Shown piece by piece: positions 50,834 through 59,034 of a stretch of DNA of 59,936 nt. Made by a program: the position numbers and the translations under genes. The notes under the pieces are model-generated. The model was not told where the DNA came from. It saw only the letters and a program-made list of their open reading frames with translations, and searched no databases. Within the stretch, counting starts at the first letter, position 1; each line of letters starts with the position of its first letter. Origin of the DNA: a virus; the IMG/VR virus record IMGVR_UViG_3300045988_033553, positions 1 to 59,936 of that record. One strand, given 5' to 3'.

Positions 50834-51076
50834 TTATACTTTCGGAACATAAGTTCCGTCCATAATGCCAATAGCAAGTTTCATGCCCTCTACGGCATAG
50901 AAGCGGTTATTGTCAGTAGTACAGTCAATAAGAAGTTCAAGCAATTCATCATAAACGCTTTCGCTCACAATTCCCTTAAGTCTCTCCATGAGCGGCTCAA
51001 AAAATTCGCGCCATTTCCCACCCTGTTCCTCATCTGCAATTTGACTTGCGTATACTATTTCTAAAAATTTGTTCAT
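50834..51076 (-). CDS. hypothetical protein, 80 aa
   Basis: Intact ORF. Confidence 0.5.
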   Translation of the reverse strand: MNKFLEIVYASQIADEEQGGKWREFFEPLMERLKGIVSESVYDELLELLIDCTTDNNRFYAVEGMKLAIGIMDGTYVPKV

Positions 51077-51199
51077 TATCTTTCACTGCCTTTCTTTTCA
51101 AAAAATGTTTGATTCCTCCGAAAGAAAGTGATATGATTGATTTATCAATTCATTTCGGATTGGTGTCAGAGTAGTCAGTTACCGCCAAGTAATGCTTGA

Positions 51200-51373
51200 C
51201 TACTCTTTTTCTTTTTCCAAAAGAAGATGAATTCCTCGTCTTATAGCTTCGCCTTTAGTAAGATTGTATTTTTTACAATACAATCTCAATTTTAATTCAG
51301 TTTCTTTATCAAGACGAATGCTGAACCTGTTTGACTTTGGGTTATCAACTTTTGGACGACCTGCTGGTGACAT
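51200..51373 (-). CDS. ribbon-helix-helix (CopG-like) protein, 57 aa
   Basis: Hand translation MSPAGRPKVDNPKSNRFSIRLDKETELKLRLYCKKYNLTKGEAIRRGIHLLLEKEKE is a typical RHH. Confidence 0.6.
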   Translation of the reverse strand: MSPAGRPKVDNPKSNRFSIRLDKETELKLRLYCKKYNLTKGEAIRRGIHLLLEKEKE

Positions 51374-51390
51374 TGAATCACTTCCTTTCT

Positions 51391-51431
51391 TGTCACACCT
51401 TTATTATATTTATGTCACACCAAAAAGTCAA
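51391..51431 (-). promoter_or_regulatory. promoter TTGACT-17-TATAAT with two GGTGTGACA direct repeats bracketing the -10
   Basis: Plus-strand attata at 51403-51408 and agtcaa at 51426-51431; tgtcacacc at 51391-51399 and 51413-51421. Confidence 0.6.
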
Positions 51432-51529
51432 TATCTTTTTTCAAAAAATTTCCCTCAAAAATCAACACCCATATTTTGGGAGCAGTACATTCAAATCCAC
51501 AAATCACTAGCTGATATTCAGTTGTCAAT

Positions 51530-51560
51530 GTTCAAACAAACAGGGGCATTCCTGCCCCTG
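51530..51560 (-). terminator. rho-independent terminator after the cargo island
   Basis: Minus-strand AGGGGCA-GGAA-TGCCCCT followed by GTTTGTTTG. Confidence 0.55.
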
Positions 51561-51563
51561 CCA

Positions 51564-52211
51564 TTACATTTTGGAAACAAGCGTTGACAGCTTGCTTTTT
51601 GTCATTGTGCGCTCTTCCGGCGTCATATCGGAGATAAGTTCCGCCATATCCTCCGAAAGCTCTTTCATGTACTTTTCAAGGTCACGCATTTTTGCATCCT
51701 TGTCTTCTGGCGTATTTCCTCTATGGAGTTCTTTGCTTTCCATGTAGGATTTACGGCTCATTCCGCTTTTACCCTCTCTGCGGTCACGCATACCGCCATC
51801 TGCCGCAATTGTAGGCTCTGTGTAATACATTCGCCCATGTGGTCGATCAATGTCGCGGTCGTGTTCCATTTCCCGGTACATTTCTGGTGTCATGTGCCAG
51901 TACGGAGGTTCTTCATATCCTCTCCGCGTTCCTCTTCCCTTTGGAGCAAATCTGCCGTTTGCATAGCGGTAGTTATCATAAAATCTTCTGCCGTCATCGA
52001 ATCGATCAAACATTTCCATTGTTTCATCTGCACTGGATTCTTCCATTGCTTTCATCAATGTACGATAATACATTGCTTCTGCAAGGTCTTTCATCATATC
52101 TGTAACCTGTCCCATTTCGCATGGGTCTATATTTTCAATTCCTTTGTCAATTTCGCATTTAGCACATTCAGACAGTTTTTCAATCATGTCGTGCATTCTC
52201 ATAATATCCAT
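51564..52211 (-). CDS. hypothetical M/R/E/D/Y-rich protein, 215 aa
   Basis: Start at MDIMRMHDMIEKL, preceded by AAGGAGGGCGGTTTT; low-complexity charged composition. Confidence 0.55.
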   Translation of the reverse strand: MDIMRMHDMIEKLSECAKCEIDKGIENIDPCEMGQVTDMMKDLAEAMYYRTLMKAMEESSADETMEMFDRFDDGRRFYDNYRYANGRFAPKGRGTRRGYEEPPYWHMTPEMYREMEHDRDIDRPHGRMYYTEPTIAADGGMRDRREGKSGMSRKSYMESKELHRGNTPEDKDAKMRDLEKYMKELSEDMAELISDMTPEERTMTKSKLSTLVSKM

Positions 52212-52224
52212 AAAACCGCCCTCC

Positions 52225-52647
52225 TTACGCTTCCCGGACTGCAATTAAATTGCTGTTCTGAACTTCGATTGCCTGCGTAGACGTATTCTGTACCGCTACC
52301 GTAACACAGCAACCGCGAGGAACGTCCACATATGCCTGCGCCGAAACGTTAAAGAAGTTTTCAACTGCCGCCGGTGTAACAATCATTCGAGTTGACTGCA
52401 ACGGTTCTCCGTCAATTGCAATAGCCAGTGAAATAGCTTCAACTGTGCCACCTGTAGGAATTTGAATGTTTCCAGAATAAGATACCAAAAATCTTGCCCG
52501 GCACTGATTTGTAAGTCCTCTCAATTTGACAATGCCGCTTCCCTGTCTATGAAGAATGCATTTTGTTGCGCATACCGGAGTTTCTGTAAATGCAACATCT
52601 TCTCCCTGCGCGACAGTTTGAATTGCAATCCCTGTAAATTCTGCCAT
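52225..52647 (-). CDS. hypothetical beta-sandwich protein, possibly C1q/TNF-like (BclA C-terminal-domain-like)
   Basis: 140 aa. Alternating beta pattern FLVSYSGNIQIP...ISLAIAIDGEPL...VTVAVQNTS resembles BclA_C-type jelly rolls (from memory). Confidence 0.5.
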   Translation of the reverse strand: MAEFTGIAIQTVAQGEDVAFTETPVCATKCILHRQGSGIVKLRGLTNQCRARFLVSYSGNIQIPTGGTVEAISLAIAIDGEPLQSTRMIVTPAAVENFFNVSAQAYVDVPRGCCVTVAVQNTSTQAIEVQNSNLIAVREA

Positions 52648-52663
52648 AATTATTTACCTCTCT

Positions 52664-52698
52664 TTCAAAAAATAAGGGCAAACATTATAGTCTGCCCT
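52664..52698 (-). terminator. rho-independent terminator
   Basis: Minus-strand AAGGGCA-12 nt-TGCCCTT followed by ATTTTTTG. Confidence 0.55.
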
Positions 52699-52777
52699 TG
52701 TGTTTATAAGCAATACTGCACAGCAGACATAATCGAGTTAAACTCAATTAAGATACTCAATTATTCAATTTTGTGTA

Positions 52778-52811
52778 GCAGCTACTTTTAGCAGCTACTT
52801 TTAGCAGCTAC
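52778..52811. repeat. 13-bp tandem repeat x2.6 spanning the stop codon of 52801-53592
   Basis: gcagctactttta at 52778-52790 and 52791-52803, then gcagctac at 52804-52811. Confidence 0.9.
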
Positions 52812-53592
52812 ATCCTGTGTTACATCCACAACCATACGCATAAGCGTTAGGATTTGGCACAACATATGCCGGGATTGCAGCCGGATTTACAGCGTTGATA
52901 ATCTGCTGTGTCTGCGCTGACATTGCTGTTGTAAGCAATGCAGACTGTTTGTCCTGAGAAGCTGCTCTTCTTAAGTCGCTATTTTCTGCCTGTAAGGAAG
53001 AAATCTTTTCCTGGCACAGGTAATCAAGGATTGCCCTTGTTCCTGCCTGCTGGCTCTCGATGATATCTCTTGTGTTGCTGTTCATGGTGTTTTGCAGTGC
53101 ACAGGTGTTCTGCGCCATATTGTAGTTCACACCCTGGATAGCTTCTCTGGTCTCACAGCAGCAATTAGCAAGCTGTGCCTGCAATGCGTTTGTGTTCTGC
53201 ATGGATGCCACCGTATCAGCGTTAATAGCCTGCTGGATGCCAAATCCGGTCTGCATGACATTCGTGTTAATGCCGTTAAATCCGGTCAACATTGAGTTGT
53301 TTACAGCATAGAAACCATCACAGAGACCATTTGTGATACCATCTAACTTTCCGATGATAGCCTGCGTGTCAAATCCACGCTGAATTGCGGAATCGGTGTA
53401 TGCAGATGCTGTCGCTCCTATACCTCCGTTTCCTCCCCAGCCATTGCCGCCAAAGCCGCCCCAGCCAAAGATCATTGCGAAGATAATGATAGCCCACCAG
53501 CCATCGCCGCCCCACATGCCATCATTGTTTCTTCCGTTTCCTGTCACTGCTGCAATATCAGCAAGACTAGGAGATGCGTTTCCATTAAACAT
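52801..53592 (-). CDS. G/W-rich TM segment plus Q/N-rich, Cys-rich-tail protein, 263 aa, unknown function
   Basis: Start at MFNGNASPS, preceded by GGAGGTAAACAAA; GMWGGDGWWAIIIFAMIFGWGGFGGNGWGGNGG; CCCE motif; C-terminus YGCGCNTGCSC. Confidence 0.6.
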   Translation of the reverse strand: MFNGNASPSLADIAAVTGNGRNNDGMWGGDGWWAIIIFAMIFGWGGFGGNGWGGNGGIGATASAYTDSAIQRGFDTQAIIGKLDGITNGLCDGFYAVNNSMLTGFNGINTNVMQTGFGIQQAINADTVASMQNTNALQAQLANCCCETREAIQGVNYNMAQNTCALQNTMNSNTRDIIESQQAGTRAILDYLCQEKISSLQAENSDLRRAASQDKQSALLTTAMSAQTQQIINAVNPAAIPAYVVPNPNAYAYGCGCNTGCSC

Positions 53593-53661
53593 TTTGTTTA
53601 CCTCCATCTGATTTATTTACAAATGGGATAACCGGTTATTGTGCGCGCAACCCAAAATGTA

Positions 53662-53862
53662 CTAATGATTAAACATACTCATAACCTTTTGTTTTGCTTC
53701 ATCTACTGTAATTCCTCTTTCTTTGCAGAGATTCTCTGCCATTGTCTTAAGTCCACCTGTATCTCCGCTTTGATACATTTGCATGGCATTTTTTGCCATA
53801 GGATTGTTTTGAACCTGCGGAGAATTCATCATCTGATTTAACAATAATTGTGCCGGATTCAT
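53662..53862 (-). CDS. hypothetical Q/N/M-rich protein, 66 aa
   Basis: Intact ORF coupled (ATGA) to the upstream gene. Confidence 0.5.
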   Translation of the reverse strand: MNPAQLLLNQMMNSPQVQNNPMAKNAMQMYQSGDTGGLKTMAENLCKERGITVDEAKQKVMSMFNH

Positions 53863-54386
53863 TCTGGATCACTCTCCTTTTTTACCTGTGAAGTTTTTCT
53901 TTGACTGCTTGGAATTTTATCTAATCGGTTTTCTATCTGTTCAATCTTCCCAAAAAGTTCATCAAACTTCTGCATAAATGCACCTGTGCACTCGTCTGAT
54001 AGGTCAAATTTCAATTTTTCAGTATCATGCGATAAATTGCTAACAGTATCATGCGAAACTGGCTTAAAAACGATTGTGCGAATTGTGCCATCTGCGTTCC
54101 AACTTTTAGCGTATATTTCTGTCATATCCTGTTTTGGGAAAAATGCAACGCTGCCATCCATTGGCACATCATTGGCAGTGATGTTTTCTACCGCCGGAAC
54201 TACTTTTCCATTTATGCCAAAAGTTTGAACCGGGATCTGCTGCTGAATTTGCTGCGGTGCCTGCATATAATTTTGTGTATTATCAATGCGTGGCTGATTC
54301 ATATACGAATTGTATGCGTACTGCTGCCCGTATTGCTGCATCTGCTGATTATAAATCGGATTCTGGTATGCTCCGCTCATATTCAT
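53859..54386 (-). CDS. hypothetical protein with a Q/N/Y-rich N-terminal low-complexity domain, 175 aa
   Basis: MNMSGAYQNPIYNQQMQQYGQQYAYNSYMNQPRIDNTQNYMQAPQQIQQQIPVQ, then a folded-looking domain and a coiled coil. Confidence 0.55.
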   Translation of the reverse strand: MNMSGAYQNPIYNQQMQQYGQQYAYNSYMNQPRIDNTQNYMQAPQQIQQQIPVQTFGINGKVVPAVENITANDVPMDGSVAFFPKQDMTEIYAKSWNADGTIRTIVFKPVSHDTVSNLSHDTEKLKFDLSDECTGAFMQKFDELFGKIEQIENRLDKIPSSQRKTSQVKKESDPE

Positions 54387-54513
54387 CCTGTTTGACCTCC
54401 TCTAAAACATCTTCTATTGCGTGTATGATAGACGACTGCGTTGATAAGTCCAAGGACTGTAACTCTTTTCTGGCAAAAATTTTTTCAAGAACTTCATCTG
54501 AAAACACCACCAT
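54349..54513 (-). CDS. small hypothetical protein (~52-54 aa; ATG/GTG start ambiguous)
   Basis: GGGAGGGATGGTGGTG start region; overlaps the start of 53859-54386 out of frame. Confidence 0.3.
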   Translation of the reverse strand: MVVFSDEVLEKIFARKELQSLDLSTQSSIIHAIEDVLEEVKQDEYERSIPESDL

Positions 54514-54631
54514 CCCTCCCTTTGATTATATTTTTGCATAAAAAAAGGCGGCAAAACCGTCACGATTCCGACAGTTTGCCGTCAAAAAATACAACAAAAA
54601 AAGAACGCATTAAGCGTCCATACATCCGTTC

Positions 54632-54840
54632 GTGTTACCTTTAGTGTTACCTTTGATTTTGACCTTTAGAAAAGACACCATTCAAAAACTCCTTTCTTTC
54701 AGTAAAATCAAGGCTTCACAAGGTTTTCTTAAATAAAAATAAAGTAGCGGAAGGGAGATTCGAACTCGGTATCAATTCTCTCAAACCCGCATAAATACTG
54801 AATTTCTTTATCTCCAAAGGTGTTACCTCGTGTTACCTTT
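54632..54840. mobile_element. attP region: tRNA 3'-end core flanked by four GTGTTACCT(TT) arm-type repeats
   Basis: Repeats at 54632-54642, 54644-54654, 54820-54828 and 54830-54840. The core 54744-54767 reads on the minus strand GAGTTCGAATCTCCCTTCCGCTAC (T loop, T stem 3' strand, acceptor 3' strand). Confidence 0.6.
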
Positions 54841-56042
54841 TACATTGATAATGCTTTTGCAATATATTCCTGCATTTCACTCTCTGTCTTGTTATTAAAA
54901 TAGTAATGATCGAGAGTTGTTCTGATATCTGTATGCCCCATTTGTGTTTTTATTACCGATTCTGGAACATTTCCATCTATCAACTTTGTTGCATATGTCT
55001 TTCTTGCCTTGTGAATTGAACGTTCACCAATTCCTATTCTATCACATATCACATATAGCCGCCTTGTAAATGCCTGACCTTTTATTCGTTTACCGTTTTT
55101 CATAAAAATATATTGCCCAAATGGATTGAGCATTTTTATTTTTCTCATAAGTTCTTTGGTATCTGCGGTAATTATAACATCTCTAAACCCGGCATCACTT
55201 TTAGGAAAATTTTGAACATCAAATACATATTTGCCATTATCATCTCTATATCTTATTTCTGTCTTTGATATATGTATCTTATTTTCTCCGACATCAGACC
55301 ATGAGAGGGTAGATATTTCCCCAACTCTCAATCCTGTTTTAAATGCCAAAATAATGCCAAGTTCTATCAATGTAGGCTCATCTTCCATTACAAATCGTTC
55401 AATTAAAAGTTCCTCATCCTTAGAAAATACCAATTCGCAGTCTGACTTATGGTTCTTTTTAAATGACTTTTCCGAAATTTCCAAATCACCCATAAAACTG
55501 GTTATGCTCAGGCTGGTATAATGTTTTTTCTTTGCATATTTGAAAATTCCGTTAATCAATATCCGCATATCAGAATAAGCTTTTTGCGTAAGTTCCAGTT
55601 TTGAAATAGCTGTTTTTATGAATGATTCCAATATTTCTTCATCAATGTACCGGATTTTTCTATTTGCAATCGGCAAATACTTATTTTCAAAAAATCTTTT
55701 AAAATTTGTCTCGTACTTGTCCTTTGTCTGTCTTGTTATTTCACCATATTCAAGTTTTTCAGAAATCCAATTAGAATATACTTGAATAACTGTAGGTTCA
55801 TCCTCCTTAGCTTTATAGAACTTTACTATTTCATCTTCAATTGCTTTTTCAGATGTTCTCTTTACAAGTCTCTTTCCTCTCTTATTATCTTCATCTGGCA
55901 AATATGTGTAAAACTTTCCATCTTTTCCTTGCCAAATGCTGTAAGTGTGTTTTTCAATAAATTTTTTCCTTTCGTTCATTTCAATTTTTTTCTGAATGGT
56001 GTCTATGTTGATAATACCATTTTCGATGGCAATATTCAACAA
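54840..56042 (-). CDS. int: tyrosine recombinase / phage integrase
   Basis: 400 aa. GLRVGEI (Arg I), HKARKTYAT (His-x-x-Arg), GHTDIRTTLDHYY (His/Tyr nucleophile region). Confidence 0.9.
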   Translation of the reverse strand: MLNIAIENGIINIDTIQKKIEMNERKKFIEKHTYSIWQGKDGKFYTYLPDEDNKRGKRLVKRTSEKAIEDEIVKFYKAKEDEPTVIQVYSNWISEKLEYGEITRQTKDKYETNFKRFFENKYLPIANRKIRYIDEEILESFIKTAISKLELTQKAYSDMRILINGIFKYAKKKHYTSLSITSFMGDLEISEKSFKKNHKSDCELVFSKDEELLIERFVMEDEPTLIELGIILAFKTGLRVGEISTLSWSDVGENKIHISKTEIRYRDDNGKYVFDVQNFPKSDAGFRDVIITADTKELMRKIKMLNPFGQYIFMKNGKRIKGQAFTRRLYVICDRIGIGERSIHKARKTYATKLIDGNVPESVIKTQMGHTDIRTTLDHYYFNNKTESEMQEYIAKALSM

Positions 56043-56046
56043 CTCA

Positions 56047-56274
56047 CTATTTGAAAGATTTCCCGTTTAACTCACCTTCTAACTTTTTTACTTTCTGTTT
56101 AATATCAAAAATTCTTCTTTCCACTGTTCTTGTTGATACGCATAGTCTCATGGCTATTTCTTTTGAAATAAGTCCACGGGCAAGAAGATAAAATATTTCT
56201 TCTTCCTGCTCCGTGAAATTGGCGTTTTCAATAATTGTTTCAAGCTCTGGCTTAGTCAGTTTTGAAAACTTCAT
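56047..56274 (-). CDS. LuxR/sigma-70 region-4-type HTH protein, 75 aa
   Basis: FTEQEEEIFYLLARGLISKEIAMRLCVSTRTVERRIFDIKQK. Confidence 0.65.
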   Translation of the reverse strand: MKFSKLTKPELETIIENANFTEQEEEIFYLLARGLISKEIAMRLCVSTRTVERRIFDIKQKVKKLEGELNGKSFK

Positions 56275-56295
56275 AAGCCACTATCCTCCAATATT

Positions 56296-56607
56296 TTATT
56301 CTTCTCTCTGCCAGATCTTCGGTGTACCGTCCATCATTGCCACATATTTTCCGTAGCTCATGCCGGCTTCTCTTGCTTTTCCTAAAACATTATCTAATGT
56401 ACTGTTTCTACATGTTTTTACGCTTCTTTTTTCCCTATCTTTTCTTCTGCGGTATTCATTTCTGCAATCCTTTCCACAGGTAAGTGTTCTGACGCAGATA
56501 GTTTCAAAGAGCTTCCCACAGATGATGCATTTTTTGGTGTACACTTTATTATTGAGCATTTTGTTTTCCTCTCTTTCTAACATTTGCTGTGTCACTGCAT
56601 CCGGCAA
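56296..56607 (-). CDS. hypothetical zinc-finger protein
   Basis: CIICGKLF...CGKDCRNEYRRRK. Confidence 0.5.
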   Translation of the reverse strand: MPDAVTQQMLEREENKMLNNKVYTKKCIICGKLFETICVRTLTCGKDCRNEYRRRKDREKRSVKTCRNSTLDNVLGKAREAGMSYGKYVAMMDGTPKIWQREE

Positions 56608-56657
56608 TCAGGAGTGTTGCGGTTATGATGGCTGTTATAAGTTTCTTTCGCACTGCA

Positions 56658-56915
56658 TTAGTCCTCCGTATTTTCCTCATATTCCTCTTTGCTGATGGTC
56701 CTGATGCATTCCTCACTCACGCCTAAACTTTTCGCCATGTTTGCAATGGCTCTTTTCACATAGTCGTATGCACTTTCTTTAAAAATCCTTGGCTTTTCTT
56801 CTGTGACTGTAAAACCTATATTCCGCTCTGCATATCCAACGGAACCCTCTCCGCCAAACATTTCTGAATCCTTAATTTCAAAGTATAATGATATTCTGAT
56901 TTTCATTTCATTCAT
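56658..56915 (-). CDS. hypothetical protein, 85 aa
   Basis: Intact ORF. Confidence 0.5.
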   Translation of the reverse strand: MNEMKIRISLYFEIKDSEMFGGEGSVGYAERNIGFTVTEEKPRIFKESAYDYVKRAIANMAKSLGVSEECIRTISKEEYEENTED

Positions 56916-56948
56916 TGTTTTTCCTCTCTTTCTCGGCTAAAGGTCAGT

Positions 56949-57197
56949 TTATCTCGAAATTATCTTTACTAATTTGTTGTATTCCTCCATTTTGTCTTTG
57001 CGTACCAAACCGATTTCTTCGCTTTCTGAATATACAACCTCGTATTTTCCTACAACTAAATCGCACACATCCAGTTCCGTCATTACATCAAGTTCCTCGG
57101 ATGTTGCCATTTTATCGTTCAATGCTAATTTGCGCAGTGCTCTACTCATTCCAAGATAATTTAATTTATCCTCTAACTCTCTACCTGTCATATTCAT
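56949..57197 (-). CDS. hypothetical protein, 82 aa
   Basis: Intact ORF. Confidence 0.5.
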   Translation of the reverse strand: MNMTGRELEDKLNYLGMSRALRKLALNDKMATSEELDVMTELDVCDLVVGKYEVVYSESEEIGLVRKDKMEEYNKLVKIISR

Positions 57198-57279
57198 TTC
57201 CTTTCCGTATCATCTCCCACCCACCGCATATACTACTGCGGAAGGTGGTATGATGATCGCTTGGTTTTGTTATCTGATT

Positions 57280-57636
57280 CTAAAATAAACTCATCTGGTT
57301 CTCGTCGTACTGATAAATACGTCCAGTCATGATTCTCCCTAACTGACACAATCTCTCCATCCGCGGTTTCTTCTTAAGATTTGCCATATAATTATTATCC
57401 ACTTCCGGCGGTAGGGATAAATAATATTCCTCCGGTAATGGCAACTGATTTTCTGTGCAGACCTCATGGATCTTTGACTGATAATAAATGATATGATTCC
57501 GTGTCAGATTCATATTGCATCCATCGGACCAGAACGGATCATTACACCCATTCTGATTGATAACTTTCCAGTGTTCTATTTCTCTGCGGATGCACTGGCA
57601 GTACTCTTTCACTTTATCTTCTGCTGTCTGTATCAT
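57280..57636 (-). CDS. hypothetical protein, 118 aa
   Basis: Intact ORF. Confidence 0.5.
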   Translation of the reverse strand: MIQTAEDKVKEYCQCIRREIEHWKVINQNGCNDPFWSDGCNMNLTRNHIIYYQSKIHEVCTENQLPLPEEYYLSLPPEVDNNYMANLKKKPRMERLCQLGRIMTGRIYQYDENQMSLF

Positions 57637-57680
57637 GGCAACACCTCCGAAAAATTAAGTTTCATCTGTTAAAGTTCGAT

Positions 57681-58151
57681 TTAACGAACTATTTCATAGA
57701 TAATGTCATCGTGATAATTTCCAAATTTATCTCTGATAGAATCTTTTAAGATATATTTCTTTCCGTTGTGTTTTTTGATAAAATTGTCATATCCTCTGCA
57801 AGCAGGATTGCCACCAACAGCTCTCCATTCAACCCTATGTAATGTACTTACAAGTTCTTCCAGTTTTTCAAATACATCCTTAGGCACTTGCAAATTTCCT
57901 CGTTCAAATGAAAACAACCCGAAGTTGTATGCTTTAGATACGTACCAATCTATTACATATCCTAAATAGCCAATGAGCTTTTGATTTTTGTCTACTATCG
58001 CATACTGGAATTGCCACTCTTCAGGACAATTCGCAATTTCAGGTATCCAGTTCCCGTTATTACCTGTTTCATAAAACATATCTGTTGTATAAAAGTACTT
58101 TTGAAATTCTTTAACTATCTGCTCTTTATATAAAATTGCAGGTACTAACAT
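57681..58151 (-). CDS. GNAT-like acetyltransferase fold, putative
   Basis: HRVEWRAVGGNPACRGYDNFIKKHNG resembles the GNAT motif A/B region; weak. Confidence 0.4.
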   Translation of the reverse strand: MLVPAILYKEQIVKEFQKYFYTTDMFYETGNNGNWIPEIANCPEEWQFQYAIVDKNQKLIGYLGYVIDWYVSKAYNFGLFSFERGNLQVPKDVFEKLEELVSTLHRVEWRAVGGNPACRGYDNFIKKHNGKKYILKDSIRDKFGNYHDDIIYEIVR

Positions 58152-58203
58152 TCAATCACTTCCTCTCCCAAATTCTAATTTAACTTCTTTAACTCACCGT
58201 TAA

Positions 58204-59034
58204 TCATGACAGCACCTCCGCAAAATTAAGTTTCATCTGCGGATCCGGCTCATAGTTCATCCACACCGTTTCTGTGCGTGCCTTTCCATGCTCCGCACAG
58301 CTTGAAAACTGTTTTTTCTTCCATCCGTTCAGATAGTCGTTATACATTTCTGATTCATAACCAGAAATCATAATCTTTGCTTTACTCTGCAGTAACGCTT
58401 TTAATAATTCCTCGTGATCTGCATCTGTCATCTCATGTTTATACTGTTTCCCGGTTCTGGTACTTAAAACATATGGTGGGTCAATATACATAAAAACATT
58501 GCTGTAATTAAATCTCTCAATCACTTCCACCGCCGGGCGGTTCTCGATCTGTACCATGCGCAACCGTTCCGCTATGTCAATGATCCATTCCGGCAGACGG
58601 TACCAGTTCCATAATGCATAAGCTCTTTCTCTGCCCTGTACATCATTTTTCCATCCTACCTTGCTGCCATTGGTACGGAACCCGTGCCCTTGCCAGCACT
58701 GAACCAGAAATCGCAATGCTTTATAGTACGGTTCATCCGGCATCATCAGCTCCCATACATCCAGTTTATATGTATCTTCATATTTTTCACGGCTGAATGG
58801 TGTAGTCATTACCATTCTGGACAGACGTTCCGCATCTTCCTGTATGCACCGGAAGAGATTCACAACATCATGATCCAGATCATTGATCGTTTCGATATCA
58901 GATACCGGCTTATTAAATAACACGGCCCCGCTGCCGAAGAACGGCTCTACATAGCTGTGATGTTCCGGTATCAGTTCCACCAATCGGGGAGCAATATTCC
59001 ACTTACTTCCCGGATATTTCAATACTGTTCTCAT
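58204..59034 (-). CDS. dam: Dam-family DNA adenine (N6) methyltransferase
   Basis: KYPGSKWNIAPRLVELIP, EPFFGSGAV (motif I), YIDPPY (motif IV). Confidence 0.85.
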   Translation of the reverse strand: MRTVLKYPGSKWNIAPRLVELIPEHHSYVEPFFGSGAVLFNKPVSDIETINDLDHDVVNLFRCIQEDAERLSRMVMTTPFSREKYEDTYKLDVWELMMPDEPYYKALRFLVQCWQGHGFRTNGSKVGWKNDVQGRERAYALWNWYRLPEWIIDIAERLRMVQIENRPAVEVIERFNYSNVFMYIDPPYVLSTRTGKQYKHEMTDADHEELLKALLQSKAKIMISGYESEMYNDYLNGWKKKQFSSCAEHGKARTETVWMNYEPDPQMKLNFAEVLS

